From Camelus dromedarius (taxonomy: Eukaryota), in NCBI RefSeq assembly GCF_036321535.1, contig NC_087436.1, positions 108,440,001 through 108,504,000 on the forward strand: a stretch of DNA of 64,000 nt, in the 5' to 3' direction. Below, one piece after another: positions 62,888 through 64,000 of this stretch (the first letter of the stretch is position 1; each line of letters opens with the position of its first letter). The translations under genes and the position numbers were made by a program. Below the pieces are notes generated by a model. That model searched no databases. It was not told the origin of the DNA and saw nothing but the letters and a program-made list of their open reading frames with translations.

Positions 62888-63080
62888 TTTTTAATTTTTA
62901 AAAAAAATTTTATTGAAGTGTAGTTGATTTACACTGTTAGTTACAGGTGCACAGCAAAGTGATTCAGTTATACATATACATACATATATATTTTATTTTC
63001 AGATTCTTTTCCATTATATGTTATTACAAGAAATTGAATATAGTTCTCTGTGCTATACAGTAGATCCTTGCTGGTTATCT
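62888..63080 (-). mobile_element. Short 5'-truncated younger L1 3' end (artiodactyl type) nested in an old L1ME-like remnant (~62540-63220)
   Basis: TTTTATTGAAGTGTAGTTGATTTACA...CAGCAAAGTGATTCAGTTATACATATA...TTCAGATTCTTTTCCATTATA...GAATATAGTTCTCTGTGCTATACAGTAG. Confidence 0.85.
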
Positions 63081-63809
63081 TCAATTTTTCAATCATATAA
63101 CAATGAGCTGAACATCCTTATGGATAAATACTCGATTGCATCTCTTGTTATTTCCTTCAGGTTGTCTTTGACAAGAAAAATTGTGACATTAAAGCAAATG
63201 TGCAATTTTAAGGGAAAAATGTCTCAATAATATTCCAAGGGATGGCTAGCTATAAGGAATAGTGGGGGAGGTATTTTGGAAGTGGCAACCCCCTCAGGGA
63301 GTGATTTCTCACTCACTCTCTAGCCTTTGATTCCCCAGTTGCTTTCCTTCCAGCTGTCCCTGTTCTCCGGTTCAATCGCCTTTCAGACTTACATGGAAGC
63401 TAGGAAGCCTTTCCCTAGTGGATCTTATCACACGGGATTTCTCAGGCAAATCAACAGGGCTTGAGGCTAAGGATTGGGAAGCAATAGAAACAGACAAGAA
63501 GGGGTGAATGACATTTGGGAAATCCTACTGGTGAAGAATTTTATTGGAATGAGTAACTTGCTGGAAGAGATTGGATAAAAAAAATAGTGTTTGCTCCCAT
63601 GGGATCTGTTGTCTGCTACAGATGGCCTGAAAATGTAAAGGAGTGTAGGAGTTCTCCTTGCTTCTAGAGGAAGCTACTGTTGAATTATGAGGGCTTGGTA
63701 GGACCAATAATTAAATTAGATTGCCTTTACTCAAAGGGACTTTGAAAATTTATGTGGACCAAATCCTATTATCTGTTTTATTGTCTTCATAACACTTGCA
63801 GGTACCTGA

Positions 63810-63968
63810 ACTCACTAACTTTGTGCTTATTTATTATCTACTCCCTTGTTAGAAGGTGAACTCCATGAGACAGGTACCTTAGCTAACGAGTTCCCTTTAT
63901 ATCTCCAGCACCAAACACAGCACACAGCATTATTTTGATCTCAACATCAGTAGAATAAATGAGTGAAA
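63810..63968 (+). mobile_element. LINE-2 3' end
   Basis: TAGAAGGTGAACTCCATGAGACAGG...ATCTCCAGCACC...GAATAAATGAGTGAA. Confidence 0.6.
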
Positions 63969-64000
63969 GAATTGTTACCTTTTCCTGACCCTTTGAATGT

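Larger units (their letters stand above)
6452..64000 (+). other. KCNIP4: Long intron following the KChIP4a first exon (extends beyond the window)
   Basis: Starts with GTAAGG. No sequence encoding the shared KChIP4 core (DSVEDELEMATVRHRPE, EF-hands) was found downstream. Most L1 remnants are antisense, as is usual inside a + strand gene. Confidence 0.85.

Noticed and set aside
6452..64000. Further KCNIP4 exons, known intronic ncRNAs such as 38A, processed pseudogenes, CRISPR or other prokaryotic systems
   Set aside because: None recognisable by reading. The remaining ORFs in the track look like random or repeat-derived frames. Small or diverged elements could have been missed without a database search.

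Overview
Mammalian genomic DNA, probably camelid: a tRNA-derived SINE at ~39.4 kb matches the camelid vic-1 type as I recall it. The window lies inside the KCNIP4 (KChIP4) locus, transcribed on +. The only host coding sequence I can support is the alternative first coding exon of KChIP4a at 6352-6451 (MNLEGLEMIAVLIVIVLFVKLLEQFGLIEAGLE, the KIS domain). It is too short for the supplied ORF track. A CpG-enriched promoter patch, a ~140-nt CT tract and a chain of upstream ORFs precede it. Everything after 6451 is one long intron with old repeats (MIR, L2, L1M, HAL1-like, MaLR/ERVL LTRs, hAT and Tigger DNA elements) and a few younger L1/SINE pieces. No rRNA, tRNA or CRISPR array was seen, and no new biological system can be established from sequence alone. 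The best leads cluster at the KChIP4a exon: a uORF chain ending 6 nt before the start codon and in frame with it, a possible 42-aa KIS-only peptide from intronic polyadenylation, and splice signals suggesting the exon can also be entered by splicing. Repeat subfamily names and boundaries were assigned by eye from remembered consensus sequences and are approximate.
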